In this document: piece by piece, positions 25,346 through 38,500 of the stretch
Position numbering within the stretch: position 1 is the stretch's first letter
Layout: every line of letters starts with the position of its first letter
Assembly: GCA_038087875.1 (NCBI GenBank)
Contig: CM075995.1
Coordinates: forward strand, 2,544,001 to 2,608,000
DNA length: 64,000 bases
Origin: Malacoraja senta
Taxonomy: Eukaryota
Direction of reading: 5' to 3'
The notes under the pieces: generated by a model
Databases searched by the model: none
Seen by the model: the letters and a program-made list of their open reading frames with translations, nothing else
What the model was told of the DNA's origin: nothing
Program-made: the position numbers and the translations under genes

Positions 25346-26455
25346 CTGTGTTTAAAGATGAATATTACATTTTAAATTGCCTGTTCTGCAAACTGCTAGG
25401 ATATTTATTACGCCGAGTGCGTTGTGCAACAAACACAGAATTGCTATTTTTTTTCTGCAGGAACAAGATAAAAATGTGAAATCAAACCATAACGTCAATA
25501 TTCTCCTGTTTAGTCAGAATAATTCTACACCCTGAAATTATTTGAACTAACATGAGAATGGATAGGAAAGGTTGAGAGGGATATTGGCCATGTGCAGGCC
25601 AAAGGGACTCGCGTAGATGGTCAACAAGGGGAAGTTGGGCTGAAGAGCCTGTTTCCATACTGTATGGCTCTATATAACTATAAAAAACAGAAGTTTGCAA
25701 TTGCTACTTTCTAAGGCTGTCTTCAATCTTTGAAAAAAAGTGTCCTCCACAAACCTATGGAAGCAAAACCATGGTATTTGATGCATGCTTCTTTCACATC
25801 ATCATCATCATTTGGTCATGCCTCATTTTGCCTGCACATTGAACATTTAACCCTCTAAATCCAGGGGAGGCACGGTGGCACAGTGGTAGAGTTGCTGCTT
25901 TACATTGCCAGAGATGCCAGTTCGATCCTGACGACAGGTGCTTGCCCGTGCGGAGTTTTCTATGTTCTCCTGCGTGACCTGCGTGGGTTTTCACCAGGAT
26001 CTTTGGTTCCCCCCAACACTCCAAAGATGTACAGGTTTGTAGGTTAATTAGCTTGGTATAATTGTAAATTATAGTGTGTGTAGGATAGTGTTAATGTGCG
26101 GGGATCGCTGGTCGGCGTGGACTCAGTAGGCCAAAGGGCCTCTTTCTGCGCTGTATCTCTAAAGTAAACTAAACGCTACAAATACTAAGAGGTTACACTT
26201 TGGAAGGACCATAGTGTCATCTGCTTGTAAACTGCATTATTAATAGAGCTAAACAGTCTTAATGAATAGTTGTGAAAAATTCAGTGTGAGGACAATGGCA
26301 GTCTGCATTTATTCTTGATGCTATTTGAATAGTGCCTGGGTTGACGGGAGTATAAGATGGTTTTGAAAGGTTAGCATCAAATCTGGAAAGAAATGTCAGC
26401 GATAATAATTGCAGTCTACATGGAACGTGAAACAACTGTCCTGCAGATGTTTGTT

Positions 26456-26972
26456 CTACAGGTGCACAGTAGAGAGCATCCTGTCGTGGCTTGGTTCGGC
26501 AACTTGAGCGCCCTGGAGAGGAAAAGACTAAGTAAACACTGCCCAGTCCATCATCGGCTCTGACCTCCCTTCCATCGAGGGTATATCGCAGTTGCTGCCT
26601 CAAAAAGGCTGCCAGCATCATCAAGGACCCACACCATCCTGGCCACACACTCATCTCCCTGCTACCTTCAGGTAGAAGGTACAGGAGCCTGAAGACTGCA
26701 ACGACCAGGTTCAGGAATAGCTACTTCCCCACAGCCATCAGATTATTAAACTTGGCTCGGACAAATCTCTGAACATTAATAGCCCATTATCTGTTATTTG
26801 TACTTTATCAGTTTATTTATTCATGTGTGTATTTACGTATATAATGGTATATGGACACACTGATCTGTTTTGTAGTCAATGCCTACTATGTTCTGTTGTG
26901 CTGAAGCAAAGCAAGAATGTCATTGTCCTATCAGGGACACATGACAATAAACTCTCTTGAATCTCTTGAATC
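26456..26972 (+). mobile_element. Rex1/Babar LINE 3' fragment. Related pieces at 32398-32792(+), 42915-43230(-), 47890-48790(-) and 48795-48955(+)
   Basis: LPSGRRYRSLKTATTRFRNSYFPTAIRLLN; tail gacaataaactctcttga; apparent 5-bp TSD ttgtt. Confidence 0.85.
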
Positions 26973-27766
26973 TTGTTGCCATCATTTCCAGGTTCATGAT
27001 TAGACATGTTTACACAATTTAAGAAGACTTGAAAAACTGGGACTTTTGGCTATAAATTTGATGAATATTAAATCCTTTAGAAATGTGTAAAAGTAGGCCA
27101 GCAAAAGAAAAATCAAGGAAATTCATAAAGTGGTGGAACAAACAAGCAAAAAGATGGCGCAAATGAGAAATGACAGCTCTATAGGGAAAGAACAAAGGAC
27201 ACAAAATACTGGAATTACTCAGGGGGTCAGGCAACATCTCTGGATAAAAGGAATAGTTCACGTTTCAGGTCGAAACCCTTCTTCGAAACATCACCTATTC
27301 CTTTTCTCCAGAGATGTTGCCTGACCCGCTGAGTTATTCCAGAATTTTTGTGTCTATCTCCGATGTTAACCAGCATCTGCAGTTCCTTCCGGCACTTACA
27401 AGGAAGTGCTGGAGTAAGTCAGAGGGTCAGGCAGCATCACTGGAGAACATGGAAAGGTGGCATTTTGGGTCGGGAGCCTTCTTCGGACTCAAGATTAGCC
27501 AGGAACACAGTCACATACTTGATCTCCTGGGACAGGAGATGATTTTCAAGGTAAATCACTGCAAGGAACTGGATGGGTCTTGTAGACTAAGATCAGTGCA
27601 AGCTTTTCTGAGTTTTGGTTTGTTTGTCCTGGTGTCTTGGGCAGGTTAAGACATCTGCCCATGGGAGTGAACATGGGTCTTCACTAGTGCTAGAAAACCA
27701 GTCTTCAAATGTGGATGCCAAATCTGACTCGGTATCAGTTTTCAATGCACCTCAAGAAGACGGTAC

Positions 27767-28318
27767 TTAGCTTTAGTTTAGAGATACAATGTGGAAATGG
27801 GCCCTTCGGTCCATCGAGTGCACGCCGACCAGCGATCATCCATACACTAGTTTAGTTTAGTTTAGAGATACTGCGCAGAAACAGCCCCTTCGGTCCACCA
27901 AGTCCATGCCGACCATCAATCTCCCGTACACTAGATTAGTTTAGTTTAGAGATTCAGCGAGGAAACAGTCACAGGGAGAACGTACAAACACCGTACAGAC
28001 AGCACCAGTGGTCAGGATGGAACCTGGGCCTATGGCGCTGTAAGGCAGCAACTCTGCCAAATCCGTGTCGACCAGCGATCCCCGTACATTAACACTATCC
28101 TACACACACTCGGGACAATCTACAATTATACCAAGCCACTTAGACTACAAACCTGTATGTCTTTGGAGTGTGGAAGGAAACTGGAGATCCCAGAGAAAAC
28201 CCACGTGGTCACAGGGAGAACGTACAAACTCGGCACAGACAGTGCCTGTAGTCAGGATGGAACCCGGGTCTCTGGCGCTGTGAGGCAGCAGCTTTACCGC
28301 TGCGCTACCATGCCGCCC
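27767..28318 (-). mobile_element. Composite V-SINE with reiterated 3' ends and a partial head
   Basis: Three consecutive ttagtttagagat...aaac tail units plus a partial and a full SINE body. Confidence 0.8.
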
Positions 28319-29749
28319 CACTCTCGGGTTTGAACTCGCAGCAGTCGGGTCAGATTCTAACTTTGTTTCCCAGCAGCCCACTAAGTCTGGGTACATCTGT
28401 GTTGAATGTGTAAGAAAGAACTGCAGATGCTGGTTTAAATCGAAGGTAGACACAAAATGCTGGAGTAACTCAGCGGGTGAAGCAGCATCTCTGGAGAGAA
28501 GGAAAGGGCGACGTTTCGGGTCGAGACCCTGCATTTTGTGTCTACATCTGTGTTGAGCTACGATTCATGCAATCCTCACGATTCCTCAGAACTCCTCACA
28601 TTTCCCAGTTCTTAAGCCTGGAAGTCTGCCTTCTGAGTCCAGGCCAGGTTCAATTGCGGGAAGTACAAACGGTCCCGGTGAAACCGATGGAAAGAAAGAA
28701 GCAGCTGCCAGCAAAACACTGAGTAGATGTTTCATTTAATTCAGCCAGTTTAAATATATATTAACACACTTGCATTGAACCGCAGAAACAAGGAACTGCA
28801 GATGCTGGTTTACCAAAAAAGGTACAAAGTGCTGGAGTAACTTTAGTGAACCTGGGACGATGAAGAGATGAGTACTTTGTGTACATATGTCGGCGCCTTA
28901 GTGGCGACTCTTTTGTGTACTTTGTACGCAAAAACAAAGTATTTCACTGTAGCTGGGTACTGGTGTCAATAAAGTATCATCATCATCATCACCAACTCAA
29001 CGGGTTAGGCAGCATCCCAGGAGAACATGGGTAGGTGATGTTTTGGGTATTCAGTCTGAAGAAGAGTCCTGATCCAAAACGTCACTCATCCATGTTCTCC
29101 AGGGATGCTGCCTGACCCGCTGAGTTACTCCAGCACTTTGTGTTGTATTTAACTGCTCCTGAATGCCTGTTAACTAACATGTTGACGATTATTCATTTAA
29201 GGAGTCTAATTTTTTTTAAATTATTGCTTTTATTTTCTAATGCTTCCTAAATAGTTTCTGGAGAGACCCACAAGCATTCCATTTAAATGTTAATGACAAT
29301 TTAAAAACTATTAAAGTCATGAAATGAAATGTAATCAAAACATTATAAATAAACATTTACTTTAGACTTTAGGGATACAGTGCGGAAAAGGACCCTTAGG
29401 CCTACCGAGTCCGCGCCGACCAATGATCACCCCGTACACTAGCGCTATCCTGCACACTACGGACAATTTAGTTTTTACCAAAGCCAAGTGACCCATAAAC
29501 CTGCACGTCTTTGAAGTGTGGGAGGAAACTAGAGCACGTCTTTGGAGTGTGGGAGGAAACCCACGCAGTCACAGGGAGAACGTGCAAACTCCGTACAGAC
29601 AGCACCTGTAGTCAGGATCGAACCCGGGTCTCATGCGCTGTAAGGCAGCAACACTACCACTGCGCCAATGTGTCGCCATGCAGTTGGAGGGATTTTTTTT
29701 GGCTGGGAGAATAGTGACTGTGTTAATTAAATGGTGTGAGACTGTGTCG

Positions 29750-30250
29750 ATGTACAGAGGAATCTGGACGCCCAGGTATAAGGGTAGTACGCAGCCTTTT
29801 ATAGGTCAATGGGTAAATAGGACTTCATGCGCATAGGTGACAATGAGTATTCAAGCAACGTTATGGATGATCTCATTCGCTGGGAGGATGATGAGGGGGA
29901 GTCAGGAGGACACTGGAGCTGTCAAGTCCAAAGATAACAAAGTTATGGATGAGGGTTCTGGCAGCAGAGGTTCTGAGCCAGTTGATGGATGGATGTAGAA
30001 GGTTTTAATGATAATGACCATGGGACCAAAGCCTAGGTTAGGGTCTAACATTTTTCAACAGTATCGTTTGGACAGCTACGAAGGCAGTGATGGAGGAGGT
30101 GGCTAACAATCAGAGCTCACATTTGAGATTGCAAAGCAAGCATTATAGTAGATGCTGTGCATTGCACTCTATGTCTGAGATTTATAGTTCCTTTGAAGTT
30201 AACGGAACCACAGTTCAGAGGCAGAACACAATGCTACCGTGCTCAGTTTT
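29750..30250 (-). mobile_element. Possible ancient L2 fragment
   Basis: Minus strand gctgccagaaccctcatccataactttgtt...ggacttgac resembles the L2 ETLIHAFV..RLDY region; highly degraded. Confidence 0.4.
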
Positions 30251-30575
30251 CAGTACATGACAAAAATCAAGCTTTCACTGCAAGAGGTTTGGTTTTCTTT
30301 TTCTTTTAAACTAAAGAGATACAGCGAGGAAACAGGCCCTGCGGCCCACGGAGTCCGCGCCGACCAGCGATCAGCCCGCACACTGGCACAGTCCTGCACA
30401 CGAGGGACAATTTACAATCTTTACCGGCCAATGAACCTACAAACTCGTACTTCTTCGGAGTGTGGGAGGAAATCGGAGCGCTCAGGGAAAACCCAAACTG
30501 TCATGGGTAGAACGTACAAACTCCATACAGACAGCACCCATAGACAGGATCGAACCCAGGTCTCTGGCGCTGTAA

Positions 30576-31081
30576 AGGGCCTGTCCCACTTGGCGACCTA
30601 ATTGGCAAGTTTAGGAGAGTTTGAAAAAGTGTCATGTTGAAGACCTCCTTCGACTATGTAGAAGACCTCCTTCGACAAAGTTGAAGACTAGCTTTGGGAA
30701 AATTGGACACCGAATAGTGGAGAGTGAAGACGACCTCCTTCGATCTCCTTCGACTATGATGAAGACTATCTACGACTACCTTCGACTACCCTCGATTACC
30801 TACGACTAACATGCCGATCTACTACGACCTACTTCGACTAAACCTATGAGTAAAAAAATATCGATTTTTTCCATGGCCTTTTTTTCCTCGCGGGCATTTT
30901 TCAGCATGTTGAAAAAAACGCCGCGACCTAGCTGAGGCCTCGAGTACGCGGAGACTACTCGCGAGCATGAAGGAGAGTTACAAAGACCTCCTAGGACCTC
31001 GTGTCGACCATGCTGCGAGTATGAGTCGAGGGCAAATTCTTCTAAACTCGCCAATTAGGTCGCCGTAGTGGGACAGGCCCT
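30576..31081. mobile_element. PIF/Harbinger MITE (506 bp)
   Basis: TIRs AGGGCCTGTCCCACT / AGTGGGACAGGCCCT; TAA TSD at 30573-30575 and 31082-31084; internal cttcgact repeats. Confidence 0.92.
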
Positions 31082-33176
31082 TAAGCCACTTTGCCTCCCA
31101 TATTTAATGAAAGGAAATCTCCACACTTCCAGTTTTGAATGTCTGACAAATAATGAGATAGTAGAGGAGTCAAGAGATGTATAGGTATGATAGACCCTGG
31201 TGTAATTAGCAATGTAAGTAAGAAATGATTACTTTTGTTTGAAAACACTAGAGTGAGAGAAATCAAATACAATAGGGCGTAGCTTTAAGGTCAAATGCTA
31301 GAGGCCATATTATAAAGGTGAGAGGGGCAAAGCTTAAAGGAAATGTGCATGTCAAGTCTTTTACACGGAGGGTAGTGAGTGATTGGAACACGCTACCAGG
31401 GGTGGTGGTTGAAGCAGATACGTTAATGGCATTTAAAAGACTATTAGATAGGCAGGGAATGGAGGGATCTGGGTTATGAACGGGTAGATAGGTGATGGTC
31501 TTGGCACCATGTTTGCACAGACAATGTGGGTCAAAGGGCCTGTTCTCATCGAAGATAGACACACAGTGCAGCGGGAAAGGCAGCATAGAAGGAATGGGTG
31601 ACATTTCGGGTTGAGACCCTTCTTCAGACTTATTTCAGCTCCGGGCCTATTCCTCATTTTAGTTTAGAATATTATCACGTGTACCGAGGTACAGTGAAAT
31701 GCTTTTATTGCGTGCTAACCAGTCAGCAGAAAGACAATACATGATCACAATCGATCCATTCACAGTGTACAGATACATAGAAACATAGAAAATAGGTGCA
31801 GCACCGCCTTTCAATATGATCATGGTTGATCATACAAAATCAGTAGTCCGTTCCTGCTTTCTCCTCATATCCCTTGATTCCATTAGCCCTAAGAGCTATA
31901 TCTAACTCTCTCTTGAATACATCCAGTGAAAGAAATGGCCTCCACTGCCCTCTGTGGCAGAGAATTCCACAGATTCACAACTCTCTGGGTGAAAAAGTTT
32001 TTCCTCTTCTCAGTCCTAAATGGCTTACCCCTTATTCTTAAACTGTGACCCCTGGTTCTGGACTCCCCCAACATCGGAAACAGTTTTTCCTGCATCTAGC
32101 CTGTCCAATCCCTTAAGAATTGTATATGTTCCTATAAGATCCCCTCTCATCCTTCTAAATTCCAGTGAATATAAGCCCAGTCAATAAGGGAATAACATTT
32201 AGAGCAAGGTTAAGGCAGCAGACCCGATCAAGGATAGCCCGAGGGTCACCAAAGAGGTAGATAGTCTCTTATGCTGTACTGTTCTATTTAAAACGTCTAC
32301 AGAGCACCCAATGACTGAATGTTACCTCCTTCTCAGCCAAGTCACTTAGAGCACACCTCCTTGTTATTAATATCATGTTATTAATATTGTATAATATCCC
32401 AGTCCATCATCAGCTCTGACCTCCCTTCCATCGAGGGGATCTATCGCAGGCGCTGCCTCAAAAAGGCTGCCAGCATCAAGGACCCACACCATCCTGGCCA
32501 CACACTCATCTCCCCGCTACCTTCAGGTAGAAGGTACTGGAGCCCAAAATCTGCAACATCCAGGTTCAGAAACAGCTTCTTCCGCACAGCGATCAGACTA
32601 TTAAACACAACTTCAAACAAACTATGAACTATAACAGCCTATTGCACTTTATCTGTGTATATATATTCTATGGTATATGGTCACACTGATCTGATCTGTA
32701 TTTATGCCTACAATATTCTGTTGTGCTGAAGCAAAGCAAGAATTTCATTGTCCTATCTGGGACACATGACAATAAACTCTCTTGACTTGACTTCTCTTTG
32801 TGGAACCTTTTCACTTAAGTTAGTTACCTTGTTTCCTGCATAAGTGTCTGCATTTTAAGAAAAATGAAGAAAGCATTTACTTATTGCATAAACAAGCCAT
32901 CTGATCTAACCTGTTGATTCTGGAGCTAATCCTGCACATGACCAGTTTATTCAATTAATAAGGGCTTAATTATTTACAAGTGATGGATTTAGTGGCTGAA
33001 CTGAATTTAGTATACACTGTCCCTCATGATGAATCTGTTTCTAATATATATTGTTTCGCATTGGATTCTGCAAACAGTGCATGGATTTAGCAAAGGTAGT
33101 TTGCCAACCTGTGATCAGCACTGCATTATATCCATTCACTATGTCTCTCACTACATGTGAAAATTCCACTGTAATT

Positions 33177-33465
33177 TGAGAGACATAGAACGAGACAGAG
33201 TGAGAGACAGAGAGAGTGAGAGACAGGGAGAGTGGGAGAGACAGAGAGAGAGACAGTGAGAAAGAGAATGAGAGACAGAGAGTGAGAGAGAGAGACAGAG
33301 AGAGTGAGAGAGAGTGAGAGAGAGAGAGACAGTGAGACAGAGAGAATGAGAGACAGAGACAGTGAGACAGAGTGAGAGAGAGAGAGAGTGAGAGTGAGAG
33401 AGAGTGAGAGAGACAGTGAGAGAGAATGAGAGAGACAGAGAAAGAGAGAGAGAGAGAAAGAGAGA
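33177..33465. repeat. Imperfect (GA)n-rich microsatellite
   Basis: gagagacagagagagtgag array. Confidence 0.95.
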
Positions 33466-33913
33466 ATTAAAAGCAAAAATGCTTTCTGTCTGAAGTCATT
33501 ATTAAGCACTTTCTTTGATTTCCAGTTAAATTGAAAAAAATAATTCAATAACTCATTAACAAAGATTTGTAGATTGGCTATTGTCAACAAAATCATCTAT
33601 AAAGTAAATTAAGTTAATGTTTATCGCAGACCTGTTACTAAGGACAATTAAAAATACAGGTTAATAATTACTATTTAAGGGGACTAATTTTCAACAGACT
33701 AATCTTACTTGACGGTTACAGACACCTTTGTGTGGAATGCACGACTCGAGTAAAACACCTATAACTGCTGCTGTCTGATTCTTCCCTTCACAGACCACAG
33801 GGTTCACCAATAGCACAGGTCAGGGAATTAAACAAACCTTCTGAGCATTTATGGATCACGATCAAATCATGTGATGGATTTACCTATTACACGATTGATT
33901 AATGGTGGAAGAT

Positions 33914-33948
33914 TGTCTGAAGAAGGGTCTCGACCCGAAACGTCACCC
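33914..33948 (+). ncRNA. Minimal type I hammerhead ribozyme motif (PLE-borne), core intact
   Basis: tgt-CTGAAGA-a-gggtctcgaccc-GAAAC-GTC-accc. Confidence 0.75.
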
Positions 33949-35031
33949 ATTCCTCCTCTCCAGAGAGGCTGCCTGTCCGGCTGAGTTACGTAATGCAGCT
34001 TTTTTGTGTCTATCTGCAATTAAATGATTTCTATTTAATAGGGAGTGTAGAACTCTAACATTATGTCGCTTTTTTCCATTTGACGCCTTGGATAAACCTG
34101 TGCTATGGTAGGAATAAATGCTGCGATTGTACGGACACATAAACAGAGGATTTCCTGATCCACGTTTTGATCCAAAAGAGATGTGCAGCTTTGAAATATA
34201 GGATTTTGTTGGCATTTTTTCAAAGTACACAATTATTTTGCTCAATATCAGCAAAAGTGGAAATTTTCAGTTCTCCGTTAGAAAGCTTGGGTCACACATT
34301 GCAAATAAAATTGCAGATAAAAAGTGAATTGCAGATAAAAAACAACACTTTAGTGAAAGGACACAAAATGCTGGAGTAACCCAGCAGGTCAGGCAGCATC
34401 CCCGGAGAACATGGATATGTGATGTTTTGGGTTGAGATCCTTCTTCAGACTGGTGGGGGGGGGGGGTTTAGAGAAGAAAGCTGGAAAAGGGCAGAGGCAG
34501 GACAAAGTGTGGCAGGTGATCGGATGTTACAAATGAGTTTTTTTTGTCTGATAGGCATATGGTTGGAAAAAAGGCCAGAGATAAGAACATTAGGTGTGAG
34601 ACAGGTTTCAAGAGCTGCAGATTGTGAAGCTTGGGGGAGGAAAGTAGCGGTGGAGGTGGGACGGGGGGGGGGGGGGGATTGAGGGGAGAAATAGATGGGA
34701 GTCCAGGTGCGGCACAAGGGAGGGAAGGGGGGAGAGAGGGAGTGGTATGGGAGAAAAACATAGAAATCAGGTGCAGGAGTAGCATGGATAGGCCATAGGC
34801 CAGCACTGCCATTCAATATGATCATGGCTCATCATCCAAAATCAGTACCCCGTTCCTGCTTTCTCCCCATATCCCTTGATTCCATTAGCCCTACGAGCTA
34901 TAATCTAACTCTCTCTTGAATACATCCAGTGAATTGACCTCCACTGCCTTCTGTGGCAGAGAACTCCAGATTCACAACTCTCTGGGTGAAAACGGTTTTC
35001 CTCATCTCAGTCCTAACATGCCTACCCCTTA

Positions 35032-35553
35032 AGGGCCTGTCCCACTTGGGCAAACTAATCCGCGAGTTCTGTCGAGTTTGGCCTCTGACTCATACTCGCA
35101 GCATCGTCGTCACGAGGTCATAGGAGGTCTTTGTAACTCTCCTTCATGCTAGAGAGTGGTCTCCGCGTACTCGAGGCCTCAGCTAGGTCGCGGAGTTTTC
35201 TTCAATATGTTAAAAAAATGCCCGCGAGTAAAAAAAGGTCGCCATGGAAAAAATTGATACTTTTTTAACTCGTAGTAGGTCGTAATAGGTCGGCATGTTA
35301 GTCGTAGGTAATTGAGGGTGGTCGAAGGTAATTGTAGATAGTCTTCATCATAGTTGAAGGGAGGTCGATCGAAGGAGGTCGTCTTCACTCTCCACTATTC
35401 GGTGTCCAATTTTCCCGAAGTTAGTCGTAGCTAGTCGAAGCTGGTCTTCAACATAGTCGAACGTGGTCGAAGGAGGTCTTCTACAGAGTCGGAGGAGGTC
35501 TTCAACATGTCATTTTTTCAAACTCTTCAAAGCTCGCCACTTAGGTCGCCCAA
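35032..35553. mobile_element. PIF/Harbinger MITE, inverted relative to 30576-31081, right TIR lost at the CR1 junction
   Basis: tta|agggcctgtcccactt start; body is the reverse complement of the 30576 copy; stops at ttaggtcgcccaag. Confidence 0.85.
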
Positions 35554-38500
35554 GGTAACAATCTCGGGATTACTGCCTGTGCCACGCGACAGTGAGAGTA
35601 GGAATGGAGCGAGGTGGAGGATAAATGCGTGGCTGAAGGACTGGTGCAGAAGGCAGGGATTCAAATTTCTGGATCATTGGGACCTCTTTTGTGGAAGGTT
35701 CGACCTGTACAAAAAGGATGGGTTGCACTTGAACCTGAGGGGGACCGATATCCTGGCGGGGAGATCTGCAAAGGCTACTGGGGAGACTTTAAACAAGAAT
35801 GGTTGGGGGGAGGGACTCAAATAGAGAATGCTATTAGACAGTGTGTGAGGCAGGAGGCAGAGAAGGAAAGCACTCAGACCCAACATGTAGGGGGGGGAGA
35901 AGAAAACAATAATAAACAGAGAATAAGAGGTGGTGGGGTTCTTAAATGGGTGAGCAGAGAAACAGAGGGGTGTAAAATGCGGGCGGAAGCAATAGGTAGC
36001 AAGGTGAAAAGTAAAAGTGGCAGGCAGACAAATCCAGGGCAAAAATCAAAAAGGGCCACTTTTCAACATAATTGTATAAGGGGTAAGAGCGTTGTAAAAA
36101 CAAGCCTGAAAGCATTGTGTCTCAATGCAAGGAGCATTCGTAATAAGGTGGATGAGTTGAACGTGCAGATAGCAATTAATGATTATGATATAGTTGGGAT
36201 CACGGAGACATGGCTCCAGGGTGACCAAGGCTGGGAGCTGAACATCCAGGGATATTCAATATTCAGGAGGGATAGAGAGAAAGGAAAAGGAGGTGGGGTA
36301 GCGTTGCTGGTTAGAGAGGAGATTAACGCAGTGGAAAGGAAGGACATTAGCTTGGAGGATGTGGAATCGGTATGGGTAGAGCTGCGAAACACTAAGGGGC
36401 AGAAAACGCTCGTGGGTGTTGTGTACAGGCCACCTAGCAGTAGTAGTGAAGTTGGGATTGGCATCAAACAGGAAATTAGAAATGCGTGCAACAAAGGCAA
36501 AACAGTTATAATGGGTGACTTCAATCTACATATAGATTGGGGGAATCAAATTGGCAGGGGTGCTGAGGAAGAGGATTTCTTGGAATGTATGCGGGATAGT
36601 TATCTAAACCAACATGTAGAGGAACCAACGAGAGAGCAGGCTATTCTAGACTGGGTATTGAGTAATGAGGAAGGGTTAGTTAGCAGTCTTGTTGTGCGTG
36701 CCCCCTTGGGCAAGAGTGACCATAATATGGTTGAGTTCTTCATTAGGATGGAGAGTGACATTGTTAATTCAGAAACAACGGTTGTGAACTTAAAGAAAGG
36801 TAACTTTGAGGGTATGAGATGTGAATTGGCCAAGATTGACTGGCAATTAGTTCTAAAAGGGTTGACGGTGGATATGCAATGGAAGGCATTTAAAGACTGC
36901 ATGGATGAACTACAAAAATTGTTCATCCCAGTTTGGCAAAAGAATAAATCAGGGAAGGTAGTGCATCCGTGGATAACAAGGGAAATCAGGGATAGTATCA
37001 AAGCAAAAGATGATGCGTACAAATTAGCCAGAAAAAGCAGCATACCGGAGGACTGGGAGAAATTCAGAGACCAGCAGAGGAGGACAAAGGGCTTAATTAG
37101 GAAAGGGAAAATAGATTATGAAAGGAAACTGGCAGGGAACATAAAAACTGATGGCAAACGTTTTTATAGATATGTGAAGAGAAAGAGATTAGTTAAAACA
37201 AATGTAGGTCCCTTGCAGTCAGAAACAGGTGAATTGATCATGGGGAACAAGGTTATGGCGGACCAATTGAATAACTACTTTGGTTCCGTCTTCACTAAGG
37301 AAGACATAAATAATCTGCCGGAAATAGCAGGGGGCCGCGGGTCAAAGGAGATGGAGGAACTGAGTGAAATCCAGGTTAGTCGGGAAGTGGTGTTGGGTAA
37401 ATTGAATGGATTAAAGGCCGATAAATCACCAGGGCCAGATAGGCTGCATCCCAGAGTATTGAAGGAAGTAGCTCCAGAAATAGTGGATGCATTAGTGATA
37501 ATTTTTCAAAACTCTTTAGATTCTGGAGTAGTTCCTGAGGATTGGAGAGTAGCAAACGTAACCCCACTTTTTAAGAAGGGAGGGAGAGAGAAAACGTGGA
37601 ATTACAGACCAGTTAGTCTAACATCGGTAGTGGGGAAACTGCTAGAGTCAGTTATTAAAGATGGGATAGCAGCACATTTGGAAAGTGGTGAAATCATTGG
37701 ACAAAGTCAGCATGGATTTACGAAAGGTAAATCGTGTCTGACGAATCTTATAGAATTTTTCGAGGATGTAACTAGTCGAGTGGATAGGGGAGAACCAGTG
37801 GATGTGTTGTATCTGGACTTTCAGAAGGCTTTCGACAAGGTACCACATAAGAGATTAGGATACAAACTTAAATCACACGGTATTGGGGGTTCAGTATTGA
37901 TGTGGATAGAGAACTGGCTGGCAAACAGGAAGCAAAGAGTAGGAGTAAACGGGTCATTTTCACAATGGCAGGCAGTGACTAGTGGGGTACCGCAAGGCTC
38001 AGTGCTGGGACCCCAGCTATTTACAATTTATATTAATGACCTGGATGAGGGAATTGAAAGCAACATCTCCAAGTTTGCGGATGACACTAAGCTGGGGGGC
38101 AGTGTTAGCTGTGAGGATGATGCTAGGAGACTGCAAGGTGACTTGGATAGGCTGGGTGAGTGGGCAAATGTTTGGCAGATGCAGTATAATGTGGATAAAT
38201 GTGAGGTTATCCACTTTGGTGGCAAAAACGGGAAGGCGGACTATTATCTAAATGGTGGCCGATTAGGAAATGGGGAGATGCAGCGAGACCTGGGTGTCAT
38301 GGTACACCCGTCATTGAAAGTAGGCATGCAGGTGCAGCAGGCAGTGAAGAAAGCGAATGGTATGTTGGCTTTCATAACAAGAGGATTTGAGTATAGGAGC
38401 AGGGAGGTTCTCCTGCAGTTGTACAGGGTCTTGGTGAGACCACACCTGGAGTATTGCGTACAGTTTTGGTCTCCAAATCTGAGGAAGGATATTATAGCCA

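Noticed and set aside
33126..33596. 156-aa Ser/Leu-rich ORF (likewise the Gly-rich ORFs at 61237-61777)
   Set aside because: Translations of microsatellite or low-complexity DNA.
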